A stretch of 64,000 nucleotides of DNA from Acidobacteriota bacterium (GCA_028875725.1 JAPPCR010000023.1:405620-469619), one strand, 5' to 3'; positions 49,731 through 63,840 are shown, counted from the stretch's first letter. A program made the numbers and translations. The notes: generated by a model not told the origin, from the sequence alone.

Positions 49731-52700
49731 CTACCGCGGATCCTCGGCCTTGGCGAGGAGGTCGCGCAGGGTGTAGTTGACGCTGGCGGCACCGAAGTCG
49801 GGCTCACGCTGGAACGGCTGTCTCACGTAGCGAACGGGTGGACGATCTCTGCCGTCGAAGAGGACGATGGCGAGGATGAAGTCGTCCGGCTTGTTCAACG
49901 AGTAGAGGATCTCGTTCTTGGTGACCGTGACTGTCGAGGCATCGCTCTCCCGGCCCTTGACTTCAATGAACCGCAGCCTTCCGGTGGCCGGGTCCCTGCT
50001 CTCGATGTCGTAGCCGAGCTTCTCGACCTCACGGTCGACTGGTTTGAAGCCGAGTCCGCGCTCGGTCTCCATCACGAGTCTGCGCGCCTCGGCGGCAGCC
50101 TTCTGCGTATCCCGTCGCTCGACCGTCGGGCTCGGGCCTTCTGACATCGCTTCGATGAGACCGCGGGGCACGACCAGCAGGCCACCGAGTACGAGGGGAG
50201 GTCGGGGAGAGATCTGTCGATCTCGGTTCAGTTCCTGGAATCGCTTCTGGAGACGGCCCTGCAGCATGTCTGCCCGCCGGCGCGCTTCGCCCGAGTTGAG
50301 CCGGGCGCCGGTCTTCCCAGCCTCTTCGGCCTGCTTGAGTTGCGCGGCTCGATGGTCCCAGTGGTTGATCTCCTTGGTCAGACGCTCCTTCACCGCAGCC
50401 TCGGTCTTGGCGATCAACTCGAGTCGAGCATCCCGAATCTCCTTGAGATGTTCGGGGACGACGTTCGCGACCGCGTACGCCTGGGCTTTCTGCTCGAGGT
50501 CCCGGTCGATCCACTGGCACTCGGGCCGGTCGAGAAGTTCATCAACCGTCGGCTCGCCGTCATCCAGCGGCCGATAGTCGAGATACGGCGCGTAGTGCAG
50601 ATGGCGCGCGACTCCACCGGCGTTGAGTTCGACGTAGAGAACTCGCTTGGAGATGACCTGCCGGTCACCGCTACGGGTGGTGTTGCCGTCTTGCAGGGAG
50701 TGCTCGATGGAGAACAGCACGCGTGGTTCCGTACCGTCGTCTCTCTCATCCACGAGGACCGCACCACGCCGCAGGAGGTCGCGGTGGCGTTCAAGCGTCA
50801 GATCGATGACTGAGTCGAGCAGCGGATGGCCCGGACAGACGAAGTTCGCAAGCGGCTGGTCGGGTGGCGCCACAAGCGGCTTCTCGAACACGATCCGTTC
50901 GTATCGCGGCAGTACCGGAGCGCCAATCCCGATCATTCGATCGCGGTGCCGGACAGACGCTGGCACGTTCGTCACCTCGAAGCGGCCCGGCTCCCTTTGC
51001 CAGAGTTTGCCTCCTAGCCGCTTGAACGCCTCCTGGAAGAACGACCGGATGTAGTGAGGCTGCAGGCGTCGCGCTTCGGCACGCTCCATGTCCTCCCGGA
51101 CCCGCTGCACGCGAGAAGCGTCCATCGCGTCGTGCGCCAACTGGCGCTCTTCCAGCAACTCCTGCAGCGCATCGTGGTCGAGGGCGTGGTCCACGGCGGT
51201 GTCGAGCCGGGCGCGCACTTCCGGCTGTTCCCCATAGCGGATCGCTCGAAGCAGCAGGTCGCGCAAGGGACGCCCTTCAAACTCCAACTTGCCTAGTACG
51301 TCGAAGACCTGCCCACCGAGCGCCTCTCGCGCCTGGTCCAGCTTCTCCAGCAACCGCCGGTAGACATCGCCCTCGCGGGTGTCCTGAGCGACCAGATTCC
51401 AGAGGTGGCAAACCTCCGTCTGACCAATCCGATGGATGCGGCCGAAGCGCTGCTCCAGGCGATTCGGGTTCCACGGAAGGTCGTAGTTGACCATCAGATG
51501 CGCCCGTTGCAGATTGATCCCCTCGCCAGCGGCATCGGTCGCCAGCAGCACCTGGACCTCCGGGTCGTACTGGAAGGCCGCTTGGACCTCCAGGCGCTTC
51601 TCGCGGCCGACGCCACCGTGGATCACGACCACCGAGCCTTCACGTCCCAGGAGGGTGCTGATCCGCTCGTACAGGTAACTCAGCGTGTCGCGATGCTCCG
51701 TGAAGAGCACGAGCTTCTGGCCCGGCGAGGACAGAGGCGGCGGTACTGGACCCGACCCGCGGGGCGTCGTCCGTTCACCGATCTGATCCGCGCGGCCCGA
51801 GGGTGTGAAGATCGCGGCCAGCAGGGCGGCCAGTTCTCGCCATTTCGTGTCCTGGCCGGCGCGGCGCACCTTCAGAGCCAGCGCCTCGAGTTCCTTCAGA
51901 GTCTCGATCTCAGCCTTCAGTTCTGCAATCGACTGAGCCGCCGTGGCCTGGTCGAGAATCTGCGCCTCGGCGTCTTCAGCTTCCTCCTCGGGTGCGTCGG
52001 CGAGATCCTCGAGGTCGTCCTCGTCGAGTTCAGGGGCCAGAAACCTCATGACAAGGGAGTGCTGGCCTCCGCGCTGGAGAACCTCGAGTTCGCGGAGGCG
52101 GCTCTGAAGTCGCTCGCGCCGGCGTCGCAAGGACCGGTAGATGGCCTCGGGCGAAGAAGCCAGTCGCCTCTGCAGGATGGTCAGAGCGAAGCCAACGGTG
52201 CCGGCTCGTTTCGCGTTTGCAAGTGCCTCAGCCCGGTTGAACTCCTCGCGCACGTAGGCGGTGACCGCGGCATAGAGACGGGCTTCCTCGTCGGACAGCC
52301 GGAAGGGCACGGTGTAGGCGATCCGCTCGGGGAACAGCGGCTTGCCGTCGAACTTGAGCAGCCGCTCCTTGACCATACGCCGCATCAGGTCGGAAACGTC
52401 CGTGGTGTGAACGCCGTCGCGGAAGCGGCCCTCAAAGCGGTCGCCGTCAAGCAACGCCATGAACAGCTGGAAGTCCGTCTCCTTGCCGTTGTGCGGCGTC
52501 GCCGTCATCAGCAGGAAGTGGCGAGTCAGGCCGGAGAGGAGTTGGCCCAGCCGGTAGCGCTTCGTGTACTTGATCTCGTTGCTGAAGTACGTCGCCGAGA
52601 ATTTGTGCGCCTCGTCACAGACCACAAGGTCCCACTCGGCCTCCGGCACCTTCAGCTTCTGCTGAACGTCTTCGTCTCGCGACAGCTTGTCCAGGCGGGC

Positions 52701-53306
52701 AATGACGAGGTTCGCTTCGAGGAACCAGTTCCGCGTACGAGCGGCTTCCAACTTGTCGTTCGTCAGGATCTCGAACGGGAGATGGAACCGGCTGTACAGC
52801 TCGTCCTGCCACTGCTCGGCCAGACCGCCAGGGCAAACCACAAGGCAGCGCTCCAGGTCGCCCCGCGCGATCAGTTCCTTGATCAGTAGACCCGCCATGA
52901 TCGTCTTGCCTGCCCCCGGGTCGTCGGCGAGGAGGAAGCGGAGGGGCTGTCGCGGAAGCATCGACTCGTAGACGGCGGTGATCTGATGCGGCAACGGATC
53001 GACGACGGAGGTGTGGACCGCCAACACCCGGTCGAACAGATGCGCGAGCCGGATGCGCTGCGCCTCGGAAACCAACCGAAACAGGGCGCCGTCCCCGTCG
53101 AAAGACCACGCTCGACCCTCCTCGACAAGCTCCAGCCTGGGCTCGTCTTCACGGTAGAGAAGCTCGGCGGCGACATCGCCGTCCAGCTTCTTGTAGGTCA
53201 GCTCGATCGCCTCCGAACCGTGCCAACGGACGTTGACGACCTCGACCGGCTCGTCAGGGTGAACGCCACGGACGGTGCAGCGTGGCTGGAGGTCTTCAAG
53301 GCGCAC
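49731..53306 (-). CDS. SNF2/DEAD-like superfamily-2 helicase with C-terminal PD-(D/E)xK nuclease-like domain
   Basis: Motif I LLADDPGAGKT. Motif II VVCDEAHK. Helicase-C block ATDAAGEGINLQ. C-terminal GYDIESRD...RFIEVKGRE, a D...ExK pattern. GTG start. Confidence 0.75.
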   Translation of the reverse strand: MRLEDLQPRCTVRGVHPDEPVEVVNVRWHGSEAIELTYKKLDGDVAAELLYREDEPRLELVEEGRAWSFDGDGALFRLVSEAQRIRLAHLFDRVLAVHTSVVDPLPHQITAVYESMLPRQPLRFLLADDPGAGKTIMAGLLIKELIARGDLERCLVVCPGGLAEQWQDELYSRFHLPFEILTNDKLEAARTRNWFLEANLVIARLDKLSRDEDVQQKLKVPEAEWDLVVCDEAHKFSATYFSNEIKYTKRYRLGQLLSGLTRHFLLMTATPHNGKETDFQLFMALLDGDRFEGRFRDGVHTTDVSDLMRRMVKERLLKFDGKPLFPERIAYTVPFRLSDEEARLYAAVTAYVREEFNRAEALANAKRAGTVGFALTILQRRLASSPEAIYRSLRRRRERLQSRLRELEVLQRGGQHSLVMRFLAPELDEDDLEDLADAPEEEAEDAEAQILDQATAAQSIAELKAEIETLKELEALALKVRRAGQDTKWRELAALLAAIFTPSGRADQIGERTTPRGSGPVPPPLSSPGQKLVLFTEHRDTLSYLYERISTLLGREGSVVVIHGGVGREKRLEVQAAFQYDPEVQVLLATDAAGEGINLQRAHLMVNYDLPWNPNRLEQRFGRIHRIGQTEVCHLWNLVAQDTREGDVYRRLLEKLDQAREALGGQVFDVLGKLEFEGRPLRDLLLRAIRYGEQPEVRARLDTAVDHALDHDALQELLEERQLAHDAMDASRVQRVREDMERAEARRLQPHYIRSFFQEAFKRLGGKLWQREPGRFEVTNVPASVRHRDRMIGIGAPVLPRYERIVFEKPLVAPPDQPLANFVCPGHPLLDSVIDLTLERHRDLLRRGAVLVDERDDGTEPRVLFSIEHSLQDGNTTRSGDRQVISKRVLYVELNAGGVARHLHYAPYLDYRPLDDGEPTVDELLDRPECQWIDRDLEQKAQAYAVANVVPEHLKEIRDARLELIAKTEAAVKERLTKEINHWDHRAAQLKQAEEAGKTGARLNSGEARRRADMLQGRLQKRFQELNRDRQISPRPPLVLGGLLVVPRGLIEAMSEGPSPTVERRDTQKAAAEARRLVMETERGLGFKPVDREVEKLGYDIESRDPATGRLRFIEVKGRESDASTVTVTKNEILYSLNKPDDFILAIVLFDGRDRPPVRYVRQPFQREPDFGAASVNYTLRDLLAKAEDPR

Positions 53307-53520
53307 CGGCGGACGGTACCACTGTGGGCCGGGCTTCCAATCAGTCGATAGGCCTGGCCTGAGGCTTCGAACACCAAAAGCGAATCGAGACTACCCGCGC
53401 CCGTATCGCCGCCCCACCCTGGCTGCTACTGGCGGGATGCCAACGAGAGCCCCGAGGGTGCCTCCGCCTTCCTCCGATGGCGGTCGAGGCCGCACGGTTT
53501 CAACGATCGACTTGTCTCTC

Positions 53521-54612
53521 CTAGACGTCGTCGCTGACCCTCCAAAGCCGGGGCCACCAAGCGTCGTCGTGTCCGAGCTTCGACAGCTGCACCTTGATGA
53601 CTGCGCGGAGCAGGAACTCGGCTGTGGCAAAGAACGAGCCGGCGTAGGCGGAGTTCGGACCGGAGTACATCAGTTCCGGCACCCTACCCTCATGGATGAT
53701 CGTGTTCCGAGCTTTGCCGAACTCCATGAACCAGTGCTCCAGGTCGGTGATGAGTGTGGACTGAGCGTGACCCCACCGGTCCTTCCAGTGCCGCGGGTGA
53801 ACAGGCTCTTCCTCCGGCGACCAAACCAAGATCTCAGAGTCCTCACGCGTTGTGTCCGGCAATGCCTCGAACATCTCCCGGAGCCAGCGGGCGCTCTTCC
53901 AGTTGTTGCTCGTGCCTGTCAGCGCTTCAAAGGCTATCTTCAAGTACACGAGCCGCTCCGCGTACTCTACGGTTGAAGTGTTCCGCCAGGCTCTGGCGAA
54001 CCAGTCGACAGCGACTCGAAGCGCATCGGAACCACGACTCGCGCCCGGAAACCGCAGTGATCCCAGAACTGCCTCGTAGATGCCAGTCAGAATCAGAGGA
54101 TCCGGGCTGTAAGCAAAGGAAGGCATGTGCAGGTCGACTGGTGGGCTTAGGACCAGTCCGCGATCACTGCCACTGGGAGCGACGGCGCGCGTTTCCACCA
54201 AGAAGCCGGTGCTCGTTATGACGCGTCCCTGTTCCAGGTCAATAGGCCACGCGTGTAAGTCCGCGTTGTCGGCCGTCACCATGGCCCAGCCGTGCTCGCG
54301 GTTATCGGGGCGGCTCCGTGGGTTGCCGTCAAGGAATGCGAAGACCAGGGAGAGTTGGAGGGCCCCCACCTCTTCCGGCGACGCCGCTTCACCGTCTAGT
54401 GACCGCCCTTCCCTGCATAGAATTGCCGGGTTTCTAATCGGCTTGCTGTCTGTTCCAACGAACTTGCTCAAGAAGGAGAGGGCCTGACGCTTGAACAGGG
54501 GATCGGCCCAGCGCTCCTGGAAGCACTCCTGTGGTCCCACTTCCCAGCCGGCGAACGTGACAGGCTCGTCCATTCGAAGGTAGGGGCAGAACAGCAGAAC
54601 AGGATGTGACAC
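53521..54612 (-). CDS. hypothetical protein with a possible HEPN-type Rx4H motif
   Basis: 363-aa ORF in a low-GC patch. KARNTIIHEG matches Rx4-6H. GTG start with AAGGA SD. No other recognisable domain. Confidence 0.4.
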   Translation of the reverse strand: MSHPVLLFCPYLRMDEPVTFAGWEVGPQECFQERWADPLFKRQALSFLSKFVGTDSKPIRNPAILCREGRSLDGEAASPEEVGALQLSLVFAFLDGNPRSRPDNREHGWAMVTADNADLHAWPIDLEQGRVITSTGFLVETRAVAPSGSDRGLVLSPPVDLHMPSFAYSPDPLILTGIYEAVLGSLRFPGASRGSDALRVAVDWFARAWRNTSTVEYAERLVYLKIAFEALTGTSNNWKSARWLREMFEALPDTTREDSEILVWSPEEEPVHPRHWKDRWGHAQSTLITDLEHWFMEFGKARNTIIHEGRVPELMYSGPNSAYAGSFFATAEFLLRAVIKVQLSKLGHDDAWWPRLWRVSDDV

Positions 54613-55151
54613 TTCTGGTCCTTGGTCGGTGGTGAAGCGTGAGGCAATCGCAAGTAGAGATCAAGTCCGCCGAAATGCTAGTCGGTACCGGCTCAAAGAC
54701 CGCCCCCTGTCCCGGTAGGCGCGGGTGCCTCCTGAGTGTGACTGCGGCTAAGTCGATACCGTCCACGGGGTGGCATAAGGGACGATCTTCGGCCGCCCCG
54801 TACCTGCTGGAACGCGTACGGTGGCCGAACCAACGATCCGCAATCGCAGTGGCGGCTTCCCCCTCTACACCTGCCTGTCAGTAACGCGCTGTAGGCAACG
54901 ACGCCGGCTCCTTAGCAGGAGGCTCCGGAAAGTGGCATCGAGGACCGCCATTCAATGGTCCTCGCAGTACCAGCCGCGGAGCCGAAGAAGCTCGCGCGGT
55001 GGCTCGGAGATTCCCTGCCAGCCGCTCCCCTTGACCGCCCACAGGCACCGGGCCGCTTCTCCGAGCGGTACGTCGTCGAGCAGCTCAAAGCCGCGAGACG
55101 GTTCCGTGTAGTCTCGCCCAAGACGTGGGACACGAGAGGGGACACCCCACC

Positions 55152-56315
55152 GTGGCCAAACAACTGAGCGCAAAGTTCGTCCGCACCGTTAGTCGCCCCG
55201 GCAAGTATGGGGACCAGCACGGCTTGATCTTGCGGGTGAAGCCATCCGGCTCCAAGCAGTGGATCTGGCGCGGGACTGTTCGCGGCCAGCGGGTGGACCT
55301 AGGCTTGGGCGGGCACCCGTACACCAGCCTCAAAGAGGCACGAGAGCGGGCGTTCAGCTACCGGAAGCTGGCGCGGGCCGGCGGCGATCCGCGGACGCTC
55401 AGCCGCACGGTTCCGACGTTCGAGGCCGCGGCCGAGAAGGTGATCAAGATTCGCCGCGCGAGGTGGCGACCGGGGAGCAAGAGCGAAGCGCAGTGGCGGG
55501 CGAGCCTGAGGGACTACGCGATGCCGAGACTAGGACAGGAGCGGATCGACACGATCACGACCGCCGACGTGATGGCAGTCTTGCTGCCAATCTGGAGCGA
55601 GAAGCCCGAAACCGCGAGGCGGGTGCGACAGCGCATCGCCGCCATCATGCGGTGGGCGATCGAGCAGAGCTACCGGCCCGACGATCCGGCCGGACCGGCG
55701 CTAGGCGCCGCACTACCGAAGCACTACGGCCAGCAGCGGCACTCCAAGGCATTGCCGCCGAGCGAAGTCGCTACGGCGCTCTCGAAGGTGCGGGAGTCGA
55801 AGGCGAGGATGACCACCAAGCTTGCGTTCGAGTTTCTGGTCCTGACTGCGGCACGGTCCGGTGAGGTTCGCGCAGCGACCTGGGCCGAAGTTGACTTCGA
55901 CGAAGCGGTGTGGACGGTGCCGGCGGCGCGCACGAAAGCCGGTCGACCGCATCGTGTTCCGCTGTCGTTTCGAGCATTCGCGGTGCTCGAAGAAGCCCGA
56001 CAACTGGCGGACGACTCCGGACTGATCTTCCCGTCCACAACCGGGCTGGCCCTGTCGTCCGAAGCGCTCTCGAAGCTGGTCCGAGAGCTTGGTGTTCCGG
56101 CGGTGCCGGATGGCTTCCGCACGGCCTTCCGGGGCTGGTGCGCCGAAACCGGCGTCTCTCGCGAGGTCGCCGAAGCGTGTCTCGCTCACGCGATCCGCGA
56201 CAAGGCCGAGGCCGCCTACCAGCGCTCCGACCTGCTTGAAGCGCGGCGCAAGGCTCTGGAAGCGTGGTCTGAGGTCGTCCGTGCAAGTCTGCCTGGGTCG
56301 GGGGTTCTCGAGTAA
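55152..56315 (+). CDS. P4-type tyrosine integrase (N-terminal arm-binding DUF4102-like domain)
   Basis: LSAKFVRTVSRPGKYGDQHGLILRVKPSGSKQWIWR arm-binding N-terminus. Catalytic HRVPL...RTAFRGW..HAIRDKAEAAY. GTG start (alternatives at 55125 or 55152). Confidence 0.8.
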   Translation: MAKQLSAKFVRTVSRPGKYGDQHGLILRVKPSGSKQWIWRGTVRGQRVDLGLGGHPYTSLKEARERAFSYRKLARAGGDPRTLSRTVPTFEAAAEKVIKIRRARWRPGSKSEAQWRASLRDYAMPRLGQERIDTITTADVMAVLLPIWSEKPETARRVRQRIAAIMRWAIEQSYRPDDPAGPALGAALPKHYGQQRHSKALPPSEVATALSKVRESKARMTTKLAFEFLVLTAARSGEVRAATWAEVDFDEAVWTVPAARTKAGRPHRVPLSFRAFAVLEEARQLADDSGLIFPSTTGLALSSEALSKLVRELGVPAVPDGFRTAFRGWCAETGVSREVAEACLAHAIRDKAEAAYQRSDLLEARRKALEAWSEVVRASLPGSGVLE

Positions 56316-56494
56316 CTGGAGTACGGCGGCCTGTACGCCCGCAGTGCCTGGGCGGAGCACGGTGGCAGCGGCTCCCAATAGAGTGGCCGCTTGGACACTG
56401 ACGAGGGACCGTTCGGTCTTCGCTTTCTGGTCCACGACGAGTTGACTGGCGCTGCCGGCGTCTTGGCAGCGCTTCTATCCGGAGGCGCAGAGGA

Positions 56495-56887
56495 ATGACG
56501 ACTGACGGAACGATGGAGACGCTGCTGTACGTTTCGGCCGAGACGGGTCAGGTCCGCGAGGTGCAGCGGGCCGGGCCTTCCGAGCCCATGGTGCAGGTGG
56601 CCCTGGGCGAAGTACTGGAGGGTCGGAGATACAGCCGCGTTTCTGGGTGGGGCTGGCGGTTGAAGGCGGACGAGAGCTACGACGTGCTGACGATCCGGCT
56701 GTGGCCGCCGAGAATGGACTTGGCCAAGCCGTGCGGCGTGGCTGCGCGTATCGAACGCGGAAGTGCAGACTCCGCCCCGCGGTTGACCGTGAGTATGGCG
56801 GGGTTGGCCGACGCCGTGGCGGCTCTAGACGCCGGCGTCCTGGTGCAGGCGGTGGCCTGGGCCTGGCTGGACCGTGGGGACCCTTGA
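56495..56887 (+). CDS. hypothetical protein (130 aa)
   Basis: ORF with GGAGG upstream. No recognisable motif. Island cargo. Confidence 0.35.
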   Translation: MTTDGTMETLLYVSAETGQVREVQRAGPSEPMVQVALGEVLEGRRYSRVSGWGWRLKADESYDVLTIRLWPPRMDLAKPCGVAARIERGSADSAPRLTVSMAGLADAVAALDAGVLVQAVAWAWLDRGDP

Positions 56888-57306
56888 TCGCGGTCACCGC
56901 GACGGGCGGAAGACACCGTAGGTGGGGCCCACGGCGCGTTACACCCGCCTCCCAGGTGCAGGCGACCGACGCGGCCGTGCTCTAGGCATGGCGCGGCCGG
57001 GCCATCGTGAACAAGACGGCGGCGGACGCGCCGCAGGACGTGACCGAGGAGGCGGTTGTTCGCTTCGCCGGCCACATGCACGACCGGGACCCGGCCGCCA
57101 CCGCCGGCTACCTCAGCGAGAAGCTGGGACGAACGCACGCTTCGAGGCCCGTTCGCTTCCGACCCTGTCCGGCCGGGCGCGGGCGTTCAGCCGATAGTGG
57201 GCGGTGGCATGGACGCGCCGCGGGCCGCGGCGGTACGTGTACTCGGTCGGGCCTGCCAAGGCACTCATGGGCGAGGCCCCCTTCCGTGGGGACCACGGGT
57301 CGACAA

Positions 57307-57753
57307 TCAGCGCCCGAACAGGTGGTCGAGTCCCCGGATGAACGCGGTAAGCAATCCGTATCCGCCAACTATCGCGGAAGGACCGACCAAGAGGTACATC
57401 GCCGAAGTGCGTTGAGCTTCGTCGCCGTAGAACAGGAAGTACAGGCAAAGCCCAACGTACGCGACACCGATCCCCAAGAGGCACGACACGAGACGCATGC
57501 CGAAGCGGCGCTTCTTCTTGCGGTCGTCGTCGTCGCGGCGGAGTTTCTCGGTGTGGAACTCGTACTGGCGTTGGTCGGAAGCATCCCTGAGGGCGATCAC
57601 CTGACTCGCAAGATCGACCCGCTGGCGCTCGTTGTCGATCCGTTGCCGCTCTAGCGAGAGGAGTTCGGGCCAAAGCTCCTGTTGTAGAGCGCCGCCGCCT
57701 TCTGAATCCTCGCGCACGACGAGGTTGGTTCGCGACTCCTCGTCTTCGCTCAT
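57307..57753 (-). CDS. hypothetical membrane protein (charged N-terminal coiled-coil, two C-terminal TM helices)
   Basis: N-terminus is charged (EDEESRTNLVVRED...RQRIDNERQRV), then a KKKRR stretch and two hydrophobic helices. ATGA overlap with the upstream small gene. Confidence 0.45.
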   Translation of the reverse strand: MSEDEESRTNLVVREDSEGGGALQQELWPELLSLERQRIDNERQRVDLASQVIALRDASDQRQYEFHTEKLRRDDDDRKKKRRFGMRLVSCLLGIGVAYVGLCLYFLFYGDEAQRTSAMYLLVGPSAIVGGYGLLTAFIRGLDHLFGR

Positions 57754-57980
57754 CGGTATGCCGCGGCCTTACGGCCACTAGCCAGTCCGGCGCCTGGTTG
57801 CAGCGGCTTCACCAGTTCATCGGCGTAGATGTCGACTGGAATGCTGTAGACGCGGTAGCCACTACCGTATGGGGACTCTTCGTGTTGGGTGATGTAGGCG
57901 TTGCCTTCGGGATCCGCCTTGCGACGGCGCTTCTCCTCAAAGACCTCCTCAAGGGTCTCGCAGTAGACATCCTTGAACAT
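57750..57980 (-). CDS. hypothetical small protein (76 aa)
   Basis: ATG at 57980 with AGGAGG SD (6-nt spacer). The longer track ORF (to 58094) has a Cys/Arg-rich N-terminus that is unlikely to be coding. Confidence 0.4.
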   Translation of the reverse strand: MFKDVYCETLEEVFEEKRRRKADPEGNAYITQHEESPYGSGYRVYSIPVDIYADELVKPLQPGAGLASGRKAAAYR

Positions 57981-58240
57981 GAGCAACCTCCTGGAGATAG
58001 TTCTTCCAACGGGGAAGAGGCACCCCGTACGACAGCCAATCAGCCATGGCAAGCAGCGGAGCATACAGTGTACAACGCGGTTCACTGTCGCCAACTTCCC
58101 ACTGTTCGGCGTAGCTTAGCCTCTTCTCCTGCTTGCACGTGCAAGCCAGTATCGACGGTGAAACGTGGGACACAAATGGGTACTCCAACGCCTGGCGATC
58201 CCACTAACCACTCTATCTTCCGTCTCTTTCGTCGTCTTCT

Positions 58241-58342
<102 letters not shown>

Positions 58343-58584
58343 AGTGTAGCAGCGGAGGGCGCTGTCGTGGGTGGGCGGACGTCCGGTTGCAAGACTCTCA
58401 TCCGGCATGGAACTCGCTTGACCTCCAGACGGACGGGAATGAACCCGCACGCTGGAGGTGGCATGACCGACACTCGCGGCATCGAGCGGAACCTGTACGA
58501 GATTGCGCGTCAACTGGCGGCGCTGCGGGCCGTGCTGGAGCGGATTGAGCGGAGGTTGCGGTAGTCGCGCGGTCTGCGGACCAG

Positions 58585-58661
58585 TGTCGTCGCCGCTTCG
58601 CGGCGCGTTTCTCCGGCCGCCTGCGGCGGCAGCCGGCGGGGACGCCGGCGCACCCAGTGTG
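58585..58661 (-). repeat. intergenic double-hairpin repeat, copy C (3' of atpC, minus strand)
   Basis: Reverse complement cacactgggtgcgccggcgtccccgccggctgccgccgcaggcggccggagaa matches copy A almost base for base. Confidence 0.6.
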
Positions 58662-58720
58662 CGGGCGCCGTACCGAGGACGGCGCGCTCACTGTGCGGGC
58701 GAAGCCGCGGAGCGGCGCAG

Positions 58721-58752
58721 CCCGAAAAAGACACAGCCGCCGGCCGGCGACC
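58721..58752 (-). terminator. putative intrinsic terminator of the atp operon
   Basis: 13 nt downstream of the atpC stop. RNA GUCGCCGGCCGGCGGCUGUGUCUUUUUC forms a GC-rich hairpin followed by a U-tract. Confidence 0.45.
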
Positions 58753-58764
58753 TTTACCGCGGCG

Positions 58765-59169
58765 CTACGCCCGCGCCGAAACGTCGACCCGCGCCTGCGC
58801 GGTATCCACGCGGTCCTTCAGGGCACCCTGCTCCTCGAAGCTGGCGCGGGCGTACTCCGCCGCCAGCTCGTCGCGCTCGGTCGTGGCGGCAGCGGCGTCG
58901 ATGTCCTCGGCCGGCTCCGCGGTCTCGGTCAGCACGGTCACGGTGTCGTCCGCGACCTCGCAGAAGCCCGGCGCCACGGCGACGAAGCGGCGCGCGCCGC
59001 CGTCGGCCGGCTGGTAGCTGAGCTCGCCGGGGCGCAGGGTGCTGATCAGCGCCGCATGGCCGGGCAGGATGCCCATGTCGCCCTTGCGCCCGGGCAGACC
59101 GACGTCCGAGCACTCGATCTCGAGCAGCTTCTCGGCGTGGGTTACGAGGATCAGGTTCAAGCCGGCCAC
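58765..59169 (-). CDS. atpC: F1 ATP synthase epsilon subunit
   Basis: MAGLNLILVTHAEKLLEIECSDVGLPGRKGDMGILPGHAALI matches the epsilon-chain pattern. Confidence 0.8.
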   Translation of the reverse strand: MAGLNLILVTHAEKLLEIECSDVGLPGRKGDMGILPGHAALISTLRPGELSYQPADGGARRFVAVAPGFCEVADDTVTVLTETAEPAEDIDAAAATTERDELAAEYARASFEEQGALKDRVDTAQARVDVSARA

Positions 59170-59204
59170 GTTCGTTCGCTCCGCTGGTTTCGCCTCTGCG
59201 CCGG

Positions 59205-61633
<2,429 letters not shown>

Positions 61634-61672
61634 CGTTCGGGCCTACCTCGGAACCTTCCCGTTCGTCTCGTT

Positions 61673-63211
<1,539 letters not shown>

Positions 63212-63276
63212 GTTCGTTCCACTCCCCTGATAGGTGGCGCTCCGAGGCTGCGGAGCGTCTCCAAATCGTGTCGTTT

Positions 63277-63840
63277 CTAGGCTTCCGCCGTCGCAGTCGC
63301 CGACTCGGCGGTCAATCTGGATTCCAGTACGGCCAACTGGCCCCGAACGCTCGCGTCGTAGCGGTAGCTCCCGAACTGGGCCACGAAGCCGCCGATCAGG
63401 CTCGGGTCGACCCGGGCTTCCAGCCGGACCTCGGCGCCGGACAGCTGCTCGAGCGCCTTCTCCAGCCGCGCCCGCTGCTCCTCGTCGAGCTCCTCGGCCG
63501 CGGTCACCGTGGCGCTGACCACGCCATGGGCCCGGTCGAGCAACTCGTCGATCGCCTCCAGGATCGCCGGCAGGTGGACCAGGCGGTAGTTGTCGAGCAG
63601 CAGCCGCAGCATCCGCTGGGCCAACGCGCCCGCGCCCTGCATGCCGGCGATCTCGTCGACCACGGTGCGCTTGGTCGCCGGCGGCACGCCGGGATTCGAG
63701 GCCATGCGGCCCAACCGCGGGACGGCCCGCATCGCCTCCGCGAAGGCGTTGAGTTCATCGCGCGTCGCCTGCGCCGCCTCGAGCGAGCCGGCGGCGCCCA
63801 TCAGGGCCTGGGCGTAGGGCCTCGCGTACCGGTAGATCAT
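63277..63840 (-). CDS. atpH: ATP synthase delta (OSCP) subunit
   Basis: [17 protein letters not shown].... The position between atpA and atpF supports the call. Confidence 0.75.
   Translation of the reverse strand: MIYRYARPYAQALMGAAGSLEAAQATRDELNAFAEAMRAVPRLGRMASNPGVPPATKRTVVDEIAGMQGAGALAQRMLRLLLDNYRLVHLPAILEAIDELLDRAHGVVSATVTAAEELDEEQRARLEKALEQLSGAEVRLEARVDPSLIGGFVAQFGSYRYDASVRGQLAVLESRLTAESATATAEA

Noticed and set aside
58367-58564. Small plus-strand ORF (33-65 aa, MTDTRGIERNLYEIARQLAALRAVLERIERRLR) between tRNA-Ser and the atp terminator
   Set aside because: It has no SD and lies in a region occupied by the repeat element. It could be a real small protein, but nothing in the sequence supports that beyond an open frame.
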